Source: Mytilus californianus (lineage: Eukaryota). From it: 64,000 nt of DNA. Below are positions 1 to 14,130 of the stretch, piece by piece (the first letter of the stretch is position 1; each line of letters begins with the position of its first letter). The translations under genes were made by a program, and so were the position numbers. The notes under the pieces are model-generated. The model did not search any database. It was not told the DNA's origin and saw only the letters and a list, made by a program, of their open reading frames with translations. Location: the NCBI RefSeq assembly GCF_021869535.1, contig NW_026262670.1, positions 5,394,001-5,458,000 of the forward strand. Direction: 5' to 3'.

Positions 1-1730
1 TTATGTAAAAATAAATGAATATCTTCATGCGGTCAGATTATTCAAGTGTTAAAATATTTGAAAAGTGCTTATTTACAACTTGTTCTACAACTTAACATGG
101 TGAAACACAGCTAAAAAAAATACACTGTCAAAGGGAGGTAATTCTGATTTTCCATATGATTTTACACATAATGAGGAGAAATATGTGCAAAATGTGTTGT
201 AAAATGGGGGGAATATTTATGCCTTTCATTGATATCATAACTCTCAAGTGTAATTTCTATTGTTTCGTTCAATCTGGACACAAAAACTGATTTTTACCAT
301 ATACCCCATGCTTCCTCTCACAGTACACTCAGTGCATCTTGGATAGCCGAGTTAAACATAGAAATTTGTGTAAAAAACAACTTCAAATGGTTCCAAAATG
401 CTTCCATTGCATTAATATTCACAGGAAATAAGTTTTGTGATTATTGTGTGGCCTTGGACAAGTACAGTGACAGAATGCATATTTTCCTATAAGGGACTAT
501 TTAGTAGCTTTTCCCTCTTTTTTTGTAATAATCATGTAATGTATTCAATTTTCAAGTTCCAGTTTCAATACAACATTCATAAATGCTGAACTTGTAAAGA
601 TAGAGGAAAATTTATACTACAGCCCATACTGCGGCCAATGTATATTTGGTATATAAAGTTGCATATTGACTGTTTGTAAAAGAATGGTGTAAAATACTAT
701 GCTTAATAAATATGAATTGTTTTCTGTGTTTGCTTTGACCAGTATTGCAAGTACATCTAGAAACTAAAGTCTTAATGTACTCTTAGTTAAATTTTGCCTT
801 ATATGGAAGTGTTTGATTAAATACCCTGAAAAGACCACAAAAACACTTTTCAAAGGTTTTTTTAAGCAGTTTCATACAAAAAAAACCAACAATTATGTTT
901 CATTTTACTAAATTTGTGTTTTAATTACTTGTAAAGTTCACAAAATGTCATTGACAATCACTCTGCAGAAATTCCTGTTACCCCAACATCAGGATGGTTT
1001 CTTCGCCAAAACTAGACAGACAAAACTGAAGTAGAAAAAAATGCCAAATATGAAAAAATAAGACTGGGTATGACCAAACTTTGCATTTGGAAGATTAAAG
1101 TAACAATTTAGAATATTTAAAAGCAATTATTTAACATAGTAATCCAATTACAAACATTTCAACACTAGTTTCATAGATGAAGGGCATGTAATCATAAAAA
1201 GTTATCTACAATTTTTTTTAAATAAAGAATCGCAATGCGTTATGTAAAAATAAATGAATATCTTCATGCGGTCAGATTATTCAAGTGTTAAAATATTTGA
1301 AAAGTGCTTATTTACAACTTGTTCTACAACTTAACATGGTGAAACACAGCTAAAAAAAATACACTGTCAAAGGGAGGTAATTCTGATTTTCCATATGATT
1401 TTACACATAATGAGGAGAAATATGTGCAAAATGTGTTGTAAAATGGGGGGAATATTTATGCCTTTCATTGATATCATAACTCTCAAGTGTAATTTCTATT
1501 GTTTCGTTCAATCTGGACACAAAAACTGATTTTTACCATATACCCCATGCTTCCTCTCACAGTACACTCAGTGCATCTTGGATAGCCGAGTTAAACATAG
1601 AAATTTGTGTAAAAAACAACTTCAAATGGTTCCAAAATGCTTCCATTGCATTAATATTCACAGGAAATAAGTTTTGTGATTATTGTGTGGCCTTGGACAA
1701 GTACAGTGACAGAATGCATATTTTCCTATA

Positions 1731-2179
1731 GGGGTAAATTCAGTAAAAAATCTCCCATTGACTGTAATGCTAATCTATGTCTTGAATTAAATTTATACCT
1801 GATTTACCTTTAGAAATTAGAAAATTTCATATATCATTCATGAAAGTATAAATGTAGCCCTATCATTTGCAACAATAAAAACATAGGGTCATGCGGCATT
1901 TTTGGGCCTTCACATGGCCTTGTTTACAAACACTGTAGATTCGCACTTAATTCCTTCACTGACCCCCATTACTTTTCAACCCTGTAGTAAAAAAATTTAG
2001 TACATTCAGCATTTATTTTTTATTTTTTTTCAACTCTAGTTTTTATCCATCTATCAAAAAATATTTATTACAAACATTATCTACCAATCAGAAGAGCACA
2101 TGACTTCAGTTTTATACAGAAAGCTCTCCCCCAAATGGGCGGTCCCTGATGACGTATATTTATTTACTGAATTTACCCC
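1731..2179. mobile_element. 449-bp non-autonomous TIR DNA transposon (MITE), copy 1
   Basis: Termini GGGGTAAATTCAGTAAA...TTTACTGAATTTACCCC, flanked by TATA...TATA; empty site TTTTCCTATAAGGGAC present in the first unit (~482-497). Confidence 0.93.
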
Positions 2180-3422
2180 TATAAGGGACTATTTAGTAGC
2201 TTTTCCCTCTTTTTTTGTAATAATCATGTAATGTATTCAATTTTCAAGTTCCAGTTTCAATACAACATTCATAAATGCTGAACTTGTAAAGATAGAGGAA
2301 AATTTATACTACAGCCCATACTGCGGCCAATGTATATTTGGTATATAAAGTTGCATATTGACTGTTTGTAAAAGAATGGTGTAAAATACTATGCTTAATA
2401 AATATGAATTGTTTTCTGTGTTTGCTTTGACCAGTATTGCAAGTACATCTAGAAACTAAAGTCTTAATGTACTCTTAGTTAAATTTTGCCTTATATGGAA
2501 GTGTTTGATTAAATACCCTGAAAAGACCACAAAAACACTTTTCAAAGGTTTTTTTAAGCAGTTTCATACAAAAAAAACCAACAATTATGTTTCATTTTAC
2601 TAAATTTGTGTTTTAATTACTTGTAAAGTTCACAAAATGTCATTGACAATCACTCTGCAGAAATTCCTGTTACCCCAACATCAGGATGGTTTCTTCGCCA
2701 AAACTAGACAGACAAAACTGAAGTAGAAAAAAATGCCAAATATGAAAAAATAAGACTGGGTATGACCAAACTTTGCATTTGGAAGATTAAAGTAACAATT
2801 TAGAATATTTAAAAGCAATTATTTAACATAGTAATCCAATTACAAACATTTCAACACTAGTTTCATAGATGAAGGGCATGTAATCATAAAAAGTTATCTA
2901 CAATTTTTTTTAAATAAAGAATCGCAATGCGTTATGTAAAAATAAATGAATATCTTCATGCGGTCAGATTATTCAAGTGTTAAAATATTTGAAAAGTGCT
3001 TATTTACAACTTGTTCTACAACTTAACATGGTGAAACACAGCTAAAAAAAATACACTGTCAAAGGGAGGTAATTCTGATTTTCCATATGATTTTACACAT
3101 AATGAGGAGAAATATGTGCAAAATGTGTTGTAAAATGGGGGGAATATTTATGCCTTTCATTGATATCATAACTCTCAAGTGTAATTTCTATTGTTTCGTT
3201 CAATCTGGACACAAAAACTGATTTTTACCATATACCCCATGCTTCCTCTCACAGTACACTCAGTGCATCTTGGATAGCCGAGTTAAACATAGAAATTTGT
3301 GTAAAAAACAACTTCAAATGGTTCCAAAATGCTTCCATTGCATTAATATTCACAGGAAATAAGTTTTGTGATTATTGTGTGGCCTTGGACAAGTACAGTG
3401 ACAGAATGCATATTTTCCTATA

Positions 3423-3871
3423 GGGGTAAATTCAGTAAAAAATCTCCCATTGACTGTAATGCTAATCTATGTCTTGAATTAAATTTATACCTGATTTACC
3501 TTTAGAAATTAGAAAATTTCATATATCATTCATGAAAGTATAAATGTAGCCCTATCATTTGCAACAATAAAAACATAGGGTCATGCGGCATTTTTGGGCC
3601 TTCACATGGCCTTGTTTACAAACACTGTAGATTCGCACTTAATTCCTTCACTGACCCCCATTACTTTTCAACCCTGTAGTAAAAAAATTTAGTACATTCA
3701 GCATTTATTTTTTATTTTTTTTCAACTCTAGTTTTTATCCATCTATCAAAAAATATTTATTACAAACATTATCTACCAATCAGAAGAGCACATGACTTCA
3801 GTTTTATACAGAAAGCTCTCCCCCAAATGGGCGGTCCCTGATGACGTATATTTATTTACTGAATTTACCCC
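3423..3871. mobile_element. 449-bp MITE, copy 2
   Basis: Same TIRs and TATA duplication, +1692 from copy 1. Confidence 0.92.
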
Positions 3872-5114
3872 TATAAGGGACTATTTAGTAGCTTTTCCCT
3901 CTTTTTTTGTAATAATCATGTAATGTATTCAATTTTCAAGTTCCAGTTTCAATACAACATTCATAAATGCTGAACTTGTAAAGATAGAGGAAAATTTATA
4001 CTACAGCCCATACTGCGGCCAATGTATATTTGGTATATAAAGTTGCATATTGACTGTTTGTAAAAGAATGGTGTAAAATACTATGCTTAATAAATATGAA
4101 TTGTTTTCTGTGTTTGCTTTGACCAGTATTGCAAGTACATCTAGAAACTAAAGTCTTAATGTACTCTTAGTTAAATTTTGCCTTATATGGAAGTGTTTGA
4201 TTAAATACCCTGAAAAGACCACAAAAACACTTTTCAAAGGTTTTTTTAAGCAGTTTCATACAAAAAAAACCAACAATTATGTTTCATTTTACTAAATTTG
4301 TGTTTTAATTACTTGTAAAGTTCACAAAATGTCATTGACAATCACTCTGCAGAAATTCCTGTTACCCCAACATCAGGATGGTTTCTTCGCCAAAACTAGA
4401 CAGACAAAACTGAAGTAGAAAAAAATGCCAAATATGAAAAAATAAGACTGGGTATGACCAAACTTTGCATTTGGAAGATTAAAGTAACAATTTAGAATAT
4501 TTAAAAGCAATTATTTAACATAGTAATCCAATTACAAACATTTCAACACTAGTTTCATAGATGAAGGGCATGTAATCATAAAAAGTTATCTACAATTTTT
4601 TTTAAATAAAGAATCGCAATGCGTTATGTAAAAATAAATGAATATCTTCATGCGGTCAGATTATTCAAGTGTTAAAATATTTGAAAAGTGCTTATTTACA
4701 ACTTGTTCTACAACTTAACATGGTGAAACACAGCTAAAAAAAATACACTGTCAAAGGGAGGTAATTCTGATTTTCCATATGATTTTACACATAATGAGGA
4801 GAAATATGTGCAAAATGTGTTGTAAAATGGGGGGAATATTTATGCCTTTCATTGATATCATAACTCTCAAGTGTAATTTCTATTGTTTCGTTCAATCTGG
4901 ACACAAAAACTGATTTTTACCATATACCCCATGCTTCCTCTCACAGTACACTCAGTGCATCTTGGATAGCCGAGTTAAACATAGAAATTTGTGTAAAAAA
5001 CAACTTCAAATGGTTCCAAAATGCTTCCATTGCATTAATATTCACAGGAAATAAGTTTTGTGATTATTGTGTGGCCTTGGACAAGTACAGTGACAGAATG
5101 CATATTTTCCTATA

Positions 5115-5563
5115 GGGGTAAATTCAGTAAAAAATCTCCCATTGACTGTAATGCTAATCTATGTCTTGAATTAAATTTATACCTGATTTACCTTTAGAAA
5201 TTAGAAAATTTCATATATCATTCATGAAAGTATAAATGTAGCCCTATCATTTGCAACAATAAAAACATAGGGTCATGCGGCATTTTTGGGCCTTCACATG
5301 GCCTTGTTTACAAACACTGTAGATTCGCACTTAATTCCTTCACTGACCCCCATTACTTTTCAACCCTGTAGTAAAAAAATTTAGTACATTCAGCATTTAT
5401 TTTTTATTTTTTTTCAACTCTAGTTTTTATCCATCTATCAAAAAATATTTATTACAAACATTATCTACCAATCAGAAGAGCACATGACTTCAGTTTTATA
5501 CAGAAAGCTCTCCCCCAAATGGGCGGTCCCTGATGACGTATATTTATTTACTGAATTTACCCC
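5115..5563. mobile_element. 449-bp MITE, copy 3
   Basis: Same TIRs and TATA duplication. Confidence 0.92.
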
Positions 5564-6806
5564 TATAAGGGACTATTTAGTAGCTTTTCCCTCTTTTTTT
5601 GTAATAATCATGTAATGTATTCAATTTTCAAGTTCCAGTTTCAATACAACATTCATAAATGCTGAACTTGTAAAGATAGAGGAAAATTTATACTACAGCC
5701 CATACTGCGGCCAATGTATATTTGGTATATAAAGTTGCATATTGACTGTTTGTAAAAGAATGGTGTAAAATACTATGCTTAATAAATATGAATTGTTTTC
5801 TGTGTTTGCTTTGACCAGTATTGCAAGTACATCTAGAAACTAAAGTCTTAATGTACTCTTAGTTAAATTTTGCCTTATATGGAAGTGTTTGATTAAATAC
5901 CCTGAAAAGACCACAAAAACACTTTTCAAAGGTTTTTTTAAGCAGTTTCATACAAAAAAAACCAACAATTATGTTTCATTTTACTAAATTTGTGTTTTAA
6001 TTACTTGTAAAGTTCACAAAATGTCATTGACAATCACTCTGCAGAAATTCCTGTTACCCCAACATCAGGATGGTTTCTTCGCCAAAACTAGACAGACAAA
6101 ACTGAAGTAGAAAAAAATGCCAAATATGAAAAAATAAGACTGGGTATGACCAAACTTTGCATTTGGAAGATTAAAGTAACAATTTAGAATATTTAAAAGC
6201 AATTATTTAACATAGTAATCCAATTACAAACATTTCAACACTAGTTTCATAGATGAAGGGCATGTAATCATAAAAAGTTATCTACAATTTTTTTTAAATA
6301 AAGAATCGCAATGCGTTATGTAAAAATAAATGAATATCTTCATGCGGTCAGATTATTCAAGTGTTAAAATATTTGAAAAGTGCTTATTTACAACTTGTTC
6401 TACAACTTAACATGGTGAAACACAGCTAAAAAAAATACACTGTCAAAGGGAGGTAATTCTGATTTTCCATATGATTTTACACATAATGAGGAGAAATATG
6501 TGCAAAATGTGTTGTAAAATGGGGGGAATATTTATGCCTTTCATTGATATCATAACTCTCAAGTGTAATTTCTATTGTTTCGTTCAATCTGGACACAAAA
6601 ACTGATTTTTACCATATACCCCATGCTTCCTCTCACAGTACACTCAGTGCATCTTGGATAGCCGAGTTAAACATAGAAATTTGTGTAAAAAACAACTTCA
6701 AATGGTTCCAAAATGCTTCCATTGCATTAATATTCACAGGAAATAAGTTTTGTGATTATTGTGTGGCCTTGGACAAGTACAGTGACAGAATGCATATTTT
6801 CCTATA

Positions 6807-7255
6807 GGGGTAAATTCAGTAAAAAATCTCCCATTGACTGTAATGCTAATCTATGTCTTGAATTAAATTTATACCTGATTTACCTTTAGAAATTAGAAAA
6901 TTTCATATATCATTCATGAAAGTATAAATGTAGCCCTATCATTTGCAACAATAAAAACATAGGGTCATGCGGCATTTTTGGGCCTTCACATGGCCTTGTT
7001 TACAAACACTGTAGATTCGCACTTAATTCCTTCACTGACCCCCATTACTTTTCAACCCTGTAGTAAAAAAATTTAGTACATTCAGCATTTATTTTTTATT
7101 TTTTTTCAACTCTAGTTTTTATCCATCTATCAAAAAATATTTATTACAAACATTATCTACCAATCAGAAGAGCACATGACTTCAGTTTTATACAGAAAGC
7201 TCTCCCCCAAATGGGCGGTCCCTGATGACGTATATTTATTTACTGAATTTACCCC
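6807..7255. mobile_element. 449-bp MITE, copy 4
   Basis: Same TIRs and TATA duplication. Confidence 0.92.
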
Positions 7256-8498
7256 TATAAGGGACTATTTAGTAGCTTTTCCCTCTTTTTTTGTAATAAT
7301 CATGTAATGTATTCAATTTTCAAGTTCCAGTTTCAATACAACATTCATAAATGCTGAACTTGTAAAGATAGAGGAAAATTTATACTACAGCCCATACTGC
7401 GGCCAATGTATATTTGGTATATAAAGTTGCATATTGACTGTTTGTAAAAGAATGGTGTAAAATACTATGCTTAATAAATATGAATTGTTTTCTGTGTTTG
7501 CTTTGACCAGTATTGCAAGTACATCTAGAAACTAAAGTCTTAATGTACTCTTAGTTAAATTTTGCCTTATATGGAAGTGTTTGATTAAATACCCTGAAAA
7601 GACCACAAAAACACTTTTCAAAGGTTTTTTTAAGCAGTTTCATACAAAAAAAACCAACAATTATGTTTCATTTTACTAAATTTGTGTTTTAATTACTTGT
7701 AAAGTTCACAAAATGTCATTGACAATCACTCTGCAGAAATTCCTGTTACCCCAACATCAGGATGGTTTCTTCGCCAAAACTAGACAGACAAAACTGAAGT
7801 AGAAAAAAATGCCAAATATGAAAAAATAAGACTGGGTATGACCAAACTTTGCATTTGGAAGATTAAAGTAACAATTTAGAATATTTAAAAGCAATTATTT
7901 AACATAGTAATCCAATTACAAACATTTCAACACTAGTTTCATAGATGAAGGGCATGTAATCATAAAAAGTTATCTACAATTTTTTTTAAATAAAGAATCG
8001 CAATGCGTTATGTAAAAATAAATGAATATCTTCATGCGGTCAGATTATTCAAGTGTTAAAATATTTGAAAAGTGCTTATTTACAACTTGTTCTACAACTT
8101 AACATGGTGAAACACAGCTAAAAAAAATACACTGTCAAAGGGAGGTAATTCTGATTTTCCATATGATTTTACACATAATGAGGAGAAATATGTGCAAAAT
8201 GTGTTGTAAAATGGGGGGAATATTTATGCCTTTCATTGATATCATAACTCTCAAGTGTAATTTCTATTGTTTCGTTCAATCTGGACACAAAAACTGATTT
8301 TTACCATATACCCCATGCTTCCTCTCACAGTACACTCAGTGCATCTTGGATAGCCGAGTTAAACATAGAAATTTGTGTAAAAAACAACTTCAAATGGTTC
8401 CAAAATGCTTCCATTGCATTAATATTCACAGGAAATAAGTTTTGTGATTATTGTGTGGCCTTGGACAAGTACAGTGACAGAATGCATATTTTCCTATA

Positions 8499-8947
8499 GG
8501 GGTAAATTCAGTAAAAAATCTCCCATTGACTGTAATGCTAATCTATGTCTTGAATTAAATTTATACCTGATTTACCTTTAGAAATTAGAAAATTTCATAT
8601 ATCATTCATGAAAGTATAAATGTAGCCCTATCATTTGCAACAATAAAAACATAGGGTCATGCGGCATTTTTGGGCCTTCACATGGCCTTGTTTACAAACA
8701 CTGTAGATTCGCACTTAATTCCTTCACTGACCCCCATTACTTTTCAACCCTGTAGTAAAAAAATTTAGTACATTCAGCATTTATTTTTTATTTTTTTTCA
8801 ACTCTAGTTTTTATCCATCTATCAAAAAATATTTATTACAAACATTATCTACCAATCAGAAGAGCACATGACTTCAGTTTTATACAGAAAGCTCTCCCCC
8901 AAATGGGCGGTCCCTGATGACGTATATTTATTTACTGAATTTACCCC
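8499..8947. mobile_element. 449-bp MITE, copy 5
   Basis: Same TIRs and TATA duplication. Confidence 0.92.
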
Positions 8948-10190
8948 TATAAGGGACTATTTAGTAGCTTTTCCCTCTTTTTTTGTAATAATCATGTAAT
9001 GTATTCAATTTTCAAGTTCCAGTTTCAATACAACATTCATAAATGCTGAACTTGTAAAGATAGAGGAAAATTTATACTACAGCCCATACTGCGGCCAATG
9101 TATATTTGGTATATAAAGTTGCATATTGACTGTTTGTAAAAGAATGGTGTAAAATACTATGCTTAATAAATATGAATTGTTTTCTGTGTTTGCTTTGACC
9201 AGTATTGCAAGTACATCTAGAAACTAAAGTCTTAATGTACTCTTAGTTAAATTTTGCCTTATATGGAAGTGTTTGATTAAATACCCTGAAAAGACCACAA
9301 AAACACTTTTCAAAGGTTTTTTTAAGCAGTTTCATACAAAAAAAACCAACAATTATGTTTCATTTTACTAAATTTGTGTTTTAATTACTTGTAAAGTTCA
9401 CAAAATGTCATTGACAATCACTCTGCAGAAATTCCTGTTACCCCAACATCAGGATGGTTTCTTCGCCAAAACTAGACAGACAAAACTGAAGTAGAAAAAA
9501 ATGCCAAATATGAAAAAATAAGACTGGGTATGACCAAACTTTGCATTTGGAAGATTAAAGTAACAATTTAGAATATTTAAAAGCAATTATTTAACATAGT
9601 AATCCAATTACAAACATTTCAACACTAGTTTCATAGATGAAGGGCATGTAATCATAAAAAGTTATCTACAATTTTTTTTAAATAAAGAATCGCAATGCGT
9701 TATGTAAAAATAAATGAATATCTTCATGCGGTCAGATTATTCAAGTGTTAAAATATTTGAAAAGTGCTTATTTACAACTTGTTCTACAACTTAACATGGT
9801 GAAACACAGCTAAAAAAAATACACTGTCAAAGGGAGGTAATTCTGATTTTCCATATGATTTTACACATAATGAGGAGAAATATGTGCAAAATGTGTTGTA
9901 AAATGGGGGGAATATTTATGCCTTTCATTGATATCATAACTCTCAAGTGTAATTTCTATTGTTTCGTTCAATCTGGACACAAAAACTGATTTTTACCATA
10001 TACCCCATGCTTCCTCTCACAGTACACTCAGTGCATCTTGGATAGCCGAGTTAAACATAGAAATTTGTGTAAAAAACAACTTCAAATGGTTCCAAAATGC
10101 TTCCATTGCATTAATATTCACAGGAAATAAGTTTTGTGATTATTGTGTGGCCTTGGACAAGTACAGTGACAGAATGCATATTTTCCTATA

Positions 10191-10639
10191 GGGGTAAATT
10201 CAGTAAAAAATCTCCCATTGACTGTAATGCTAATCTATGTCTTGAATTAAATTTATACCTGATTTACCTTTAGAAATTAGAAAATTTCATATATCATTCA
10301 TGAAAGTATAAATGTAGCCCTATCATTTGCAACAATAAAAACATAGGGTCATGCGGCATTTTTGGGCCTTCACATGGCCTTGTTTACAAACACTGTAGAT
10401 TCGCACTTAATTCCTTCACTGACCCCCATTACTTTTCAACCCTGTATTAAAAAAATTTAGTACATTCAGCATTTATTTTTTATTTTTTTTCAACTCTAGT
10501 TTTTATCCATCTATCAAAAAATATTTATTACAAACATTATCTACCAATCAGAAGAGCACATGACTTCAGTTTTATACAGAAAGCTCTCCCCCAAATGGGC
10601 GGTCCCTGATGACGTATATTTATTTACTGAATTTACCCC
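10191..10639. mobile_element. 449-bp MITE, copy 6
   Basis: Same TIRs and TATA duplication; carries a G>T variant at 10447. Confidence 0.92.
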
Positions 10640-11882
10640 TATAAGGGACTATTTAGTAGCTTTTCCCTCTTTTTTTGTAATAATCATGTAATGTATTCAA
10701 TTTTCAAGTTCCAGTTTCAATACAACATTCATAAATGCTGAACTTGTAAAGATAGAGGAAAATTTATACTACAGCCCATACTGCGGCCAATGTATATTTG
10801 GTATATAAAGTTGCATATTGACTGTTTGTAAAAGAATGGTGTAAAATACTATGCTTAATAAATATGAATTGTTTTCTGTGTTTGCTTTGACCAGTATTGC
10901 AAGTACATCTAGAAACTAAAGTCTTAATGTACTCTTAGTTAAATTTTGCCTTATATGGAAGTGTTTGATTAAATACCCTGAAAAGACCACAAAAACACTT
11001 TTCAAAGGTTTTTTTAAGCAGTTTCATACAAAAAAAACCAACAATTATGTTTCATTTTACTAAATTTGTGTTTTAATTACTTGTAAAGTTCACAAAATGT
11101 CATTGACAATCACTCTGCAGAAATTCCTGTTACCCCAACATCAGGATGGTTTCTTCGCCAAAACTAGACAGACAAAACTGAAGTAGAAAAAAATGCCAAA
11201 TATGAAAAAATAAGACTGGGTATGACCAAACTTTGCATTTGGAAGATTAAAGTAACAATTTAGAATATTTAAAAGCAATTATTTAACATAGTAATCCAAT
11301 TACAAACATTTCAACACTAGTTTCATAGATGAAGGGCATGTAATCATAAAAAGTTATCTACAATTTTTTTTAAATAAAGAATCGCAATGCGTTATGTAAA
11401 AATAAATGAATATCTTCATGCGGTCAGATTATTCAAGTGTTAAAATATTTGAAAAGTGCTTATTTACAACTTGTTCTACAACTTAACATGGTGAAACACA
11501 GCTAAAAAAAATACACTGTCAAAGGGAGGTAATTCTGATTTTCCATATGATTTTACACATAATGAGGAGAAATATGTGCAAAATGTGTTGTAAAATGGGG
11601 GGAATATTTATGCCTTTCATTGATATCATAACTCTCAAGTGTAATTTCTATTGTTTCGTTCAATCTGGACACAAAAACTGATTTTTACCATATACCCCAT
11701 GCTTCCTCTCACAGTACACTCAGTGCATCTTGGATAGCCGAGTTAAACATAGAAATTTGTGTAAAAAACAACTTCAAATGGTTCCAAAATGCTTCCATTG
11801 CATTAATATTCACAGGAAATAAGTTTTGTGATTATTGTGTGGCCTTGGACAAGTACAGTGACAGAATGCATATTTTCCTATA

Positions 11883-12331
11883 GGGGTAAATTCAGTAAAA
11901 AATCTCCCATTGACTGTAATGCTAATCTATGTCTTGAATTAAATTTATACCTGATTTACCTTTAGAAATTAGAAAATTTCATATATCATTCATGAAAGTA
12001 TAAATGTAGCCCTATCATTTGCAACAATAAAAACATAGGGTCATGCGGCATTTTTGGGCCTTCACATGGCCTTGTTTACAAACACTGTAGATTCGCACTT
12101 AATTCCTTCACTGACCCCCATTACTTTTCAACCCTGTAGTAAAAAAATTTAGTACATTCAGCATTTATTTTTTATTTTTTTTCAACTCTAGTTTTTATCC
12201 ATCTATCAAAAAATATTTATTACAAACATTATCTACCAATCAGAAGAGCACATGACTTCAGTTTTATACAGAAAGCTCTCCCCCAAATGGGCGGTCCCTG
12301 ATGACGTATATTTATTTACTGAATTTACCCC
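11883..12331. mobile_element. 449-bp MITE, copy 7
   Basis: Same TIRs and TATA duplication. Confidence 0.92.
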
Positions 12332-13574
12332 TATAAGGGACTATTTAGTAGCTTTTCCCTCTTTTTTTGTAATAATCATGTAATGTATTCAATTTTCAAG
12401 TTCCAGTTTCAATACAACATTCATAAATGCTGAACTTGTAAAGATAGAGGAAAATTTATACTACAGCCCATACTGCGGCCAATGTATATTTGGTATATAA
12501 AGTTGCATATTGACTGTTTGTAAAAGAATGGTGTAAAATACTATGCTTAATAAATATGAATTGTTTTCTGTGTTTGCTTTGACCAGTATTGCAAGTACAT
12601 CTAGAAACTAAAGTCTTAATGTACTCTTAGTTAAATTTTGCCTTATATGGAAGTGTTTGATTAAATACCCTGAAAAGACCACAAAAACACTTTTCAAAGG
12701 TTTTTTTAAGCAGTTTCATACAAAAAAAACCAACAATTATGTTTCATTTTACTAAATTTGTGTTTTAATTACTTGTAAAGTTCACAAAATGTCATTGACA
12801 ATCACTCTGCAGAAATTCCTGTTACCCCAACATCAGGATGGTTTCTTCGCCAAAACTAGACAGACAAAACTGAAGTAGAAAAAAATGCCAAATATGAAAA
12901 AATAAGACTGGGTATGACCAAACTTTGCATTTGGAAGATTAAAGTAACAATTTAGAATATTTAAAAGCAATTATTTAACATAGTAATCCAATTACAAACA
13001 TTTCAACACTAGTTTCATAGATGAAGGGCATGTAATCATAAAAAGTTATCTACAATTTTTTTTAAATAAAGAATCGCAATGCGTTATGTAAAAATAAATG
13101 AATATCTTCATGCGGTCAGATTATTCAAGTGTTAAAATATTTGAAAAGTGCTTATTTACAACTTGTTCTACAACTTAACATGGTGAAACACAGCTAAAAA
13201 AAATACACTGTCAAAGGGAGGTAATTCTGATTTTCCATATGATTTTACACATAATGAGGAGAAATATGTGCAAAATGTGTTGTAAAATGGGGGGAATATT
13301 TATGCCTTTCATTGATATCATAACTCTCAAGTGTAATTTCTATTGTTTCGTTCAATCTGGACACAAAAACTGATTTTTACCATATACCCCATGCTTCCTC
13401 TCACAGTACACTCAGTGCATCTTGGATAGCCGAGTTAAACATAGAAATTTGTGTAAAAAACAACTTCAAATGGTTCCAAAATGCTTCCATTGCATTAATA
13501 TTCACAGGAAATAAGTTTTGTGATTATTGTGTGGCCTTGGACAAGTACAGTGACAGAATGCATATTTTCCTATA

Positions 13575-14023
13575 GGGGTAAATTCAGTAAAAAATCTCCC
13601 ATTGACTGTAATGCTAATCTATGTCTTGAATTAAATTTATACCTGATTTACCTTTAGAAATTAGAAAATTTCATATATCATTCATGAAAGTATAAATGTA
13701 GCCCTATCATTTGCAACAATAAAAACATAGGGTCATGCGGCATTTTTGGGCCTTCACATGGCCTTGTTTACAAACACTGTAGATTCGCACTTAATTCCTT
13801 CACTGACCCCCATTACTTTTCAACCCTGTAGTAAAAAAATTTAGTACATTCAGCATTTATTTTTTATTTTTTTTCAACTCTAGTTTTTATCCATCTATCA
13901 AAAAATATTTATTACAAACATTATCTACCAATCAGAAGAGCACATGACTTCAGTTTTATACAGAAAGCTCTCCCCCAAATGGGCGGTCCCTGATGACGTA
14001 TATTTATTTACTGAATTTACCCC
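13575..14023. mobile_element. 449-bp MITE, copy 8 (boundary copy)
   Basis: Left flank TATA from the satellite; right flank TACAAATAACG, which is H1 5'-region sequence. Confidence 0.92.
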
Positions 14024-14025
14024 TA

Positions 14026-14130
14026 CAAATAACGATTTGAAAATAACGCCATTCAAGGCCTCGTTTATTTATAACAGACGAACGCGGACCTCGACGAAGA
14101 CACCCTTAAAAATAACTTGTAAAATCCATT
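14026..14130 (-). promoter_or_regulatory. Orphaned H1 proximal promoter (TATA box and GGTCCG element) with no downstream H1 CDS
   Basis: Identical to 18528-18631; minus-strand TATAAATA at 14066-14073; sequence is cut 43 bp before where the ATG would lie. Confidence 0.75.

Larger units (their letters stand above)
1..14025. repeat. Large tandem repeat: 1692-bp unit (1239-bp base unit + 453-bp MITE/TSD), about 8.6 units in window
   Basis: Anchor TTATGTAAAAATAAATG recurs at 1, 1240, 2932, 4624, 6316, 8008, 9700, 11392, 13084 (periods 1239, then 1692 x7). No credible coding ORF. Confidence 0.97.

Noticed and set aside
563-648. Possible exon in the 1239-bp unit (FNTTFINAELVKIEENLYYSPYCGQCIFG between AG and GT)
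   Set aside because: Only ~36 open codons, weak donor site, non-symmetric phase and no recognisable domain.
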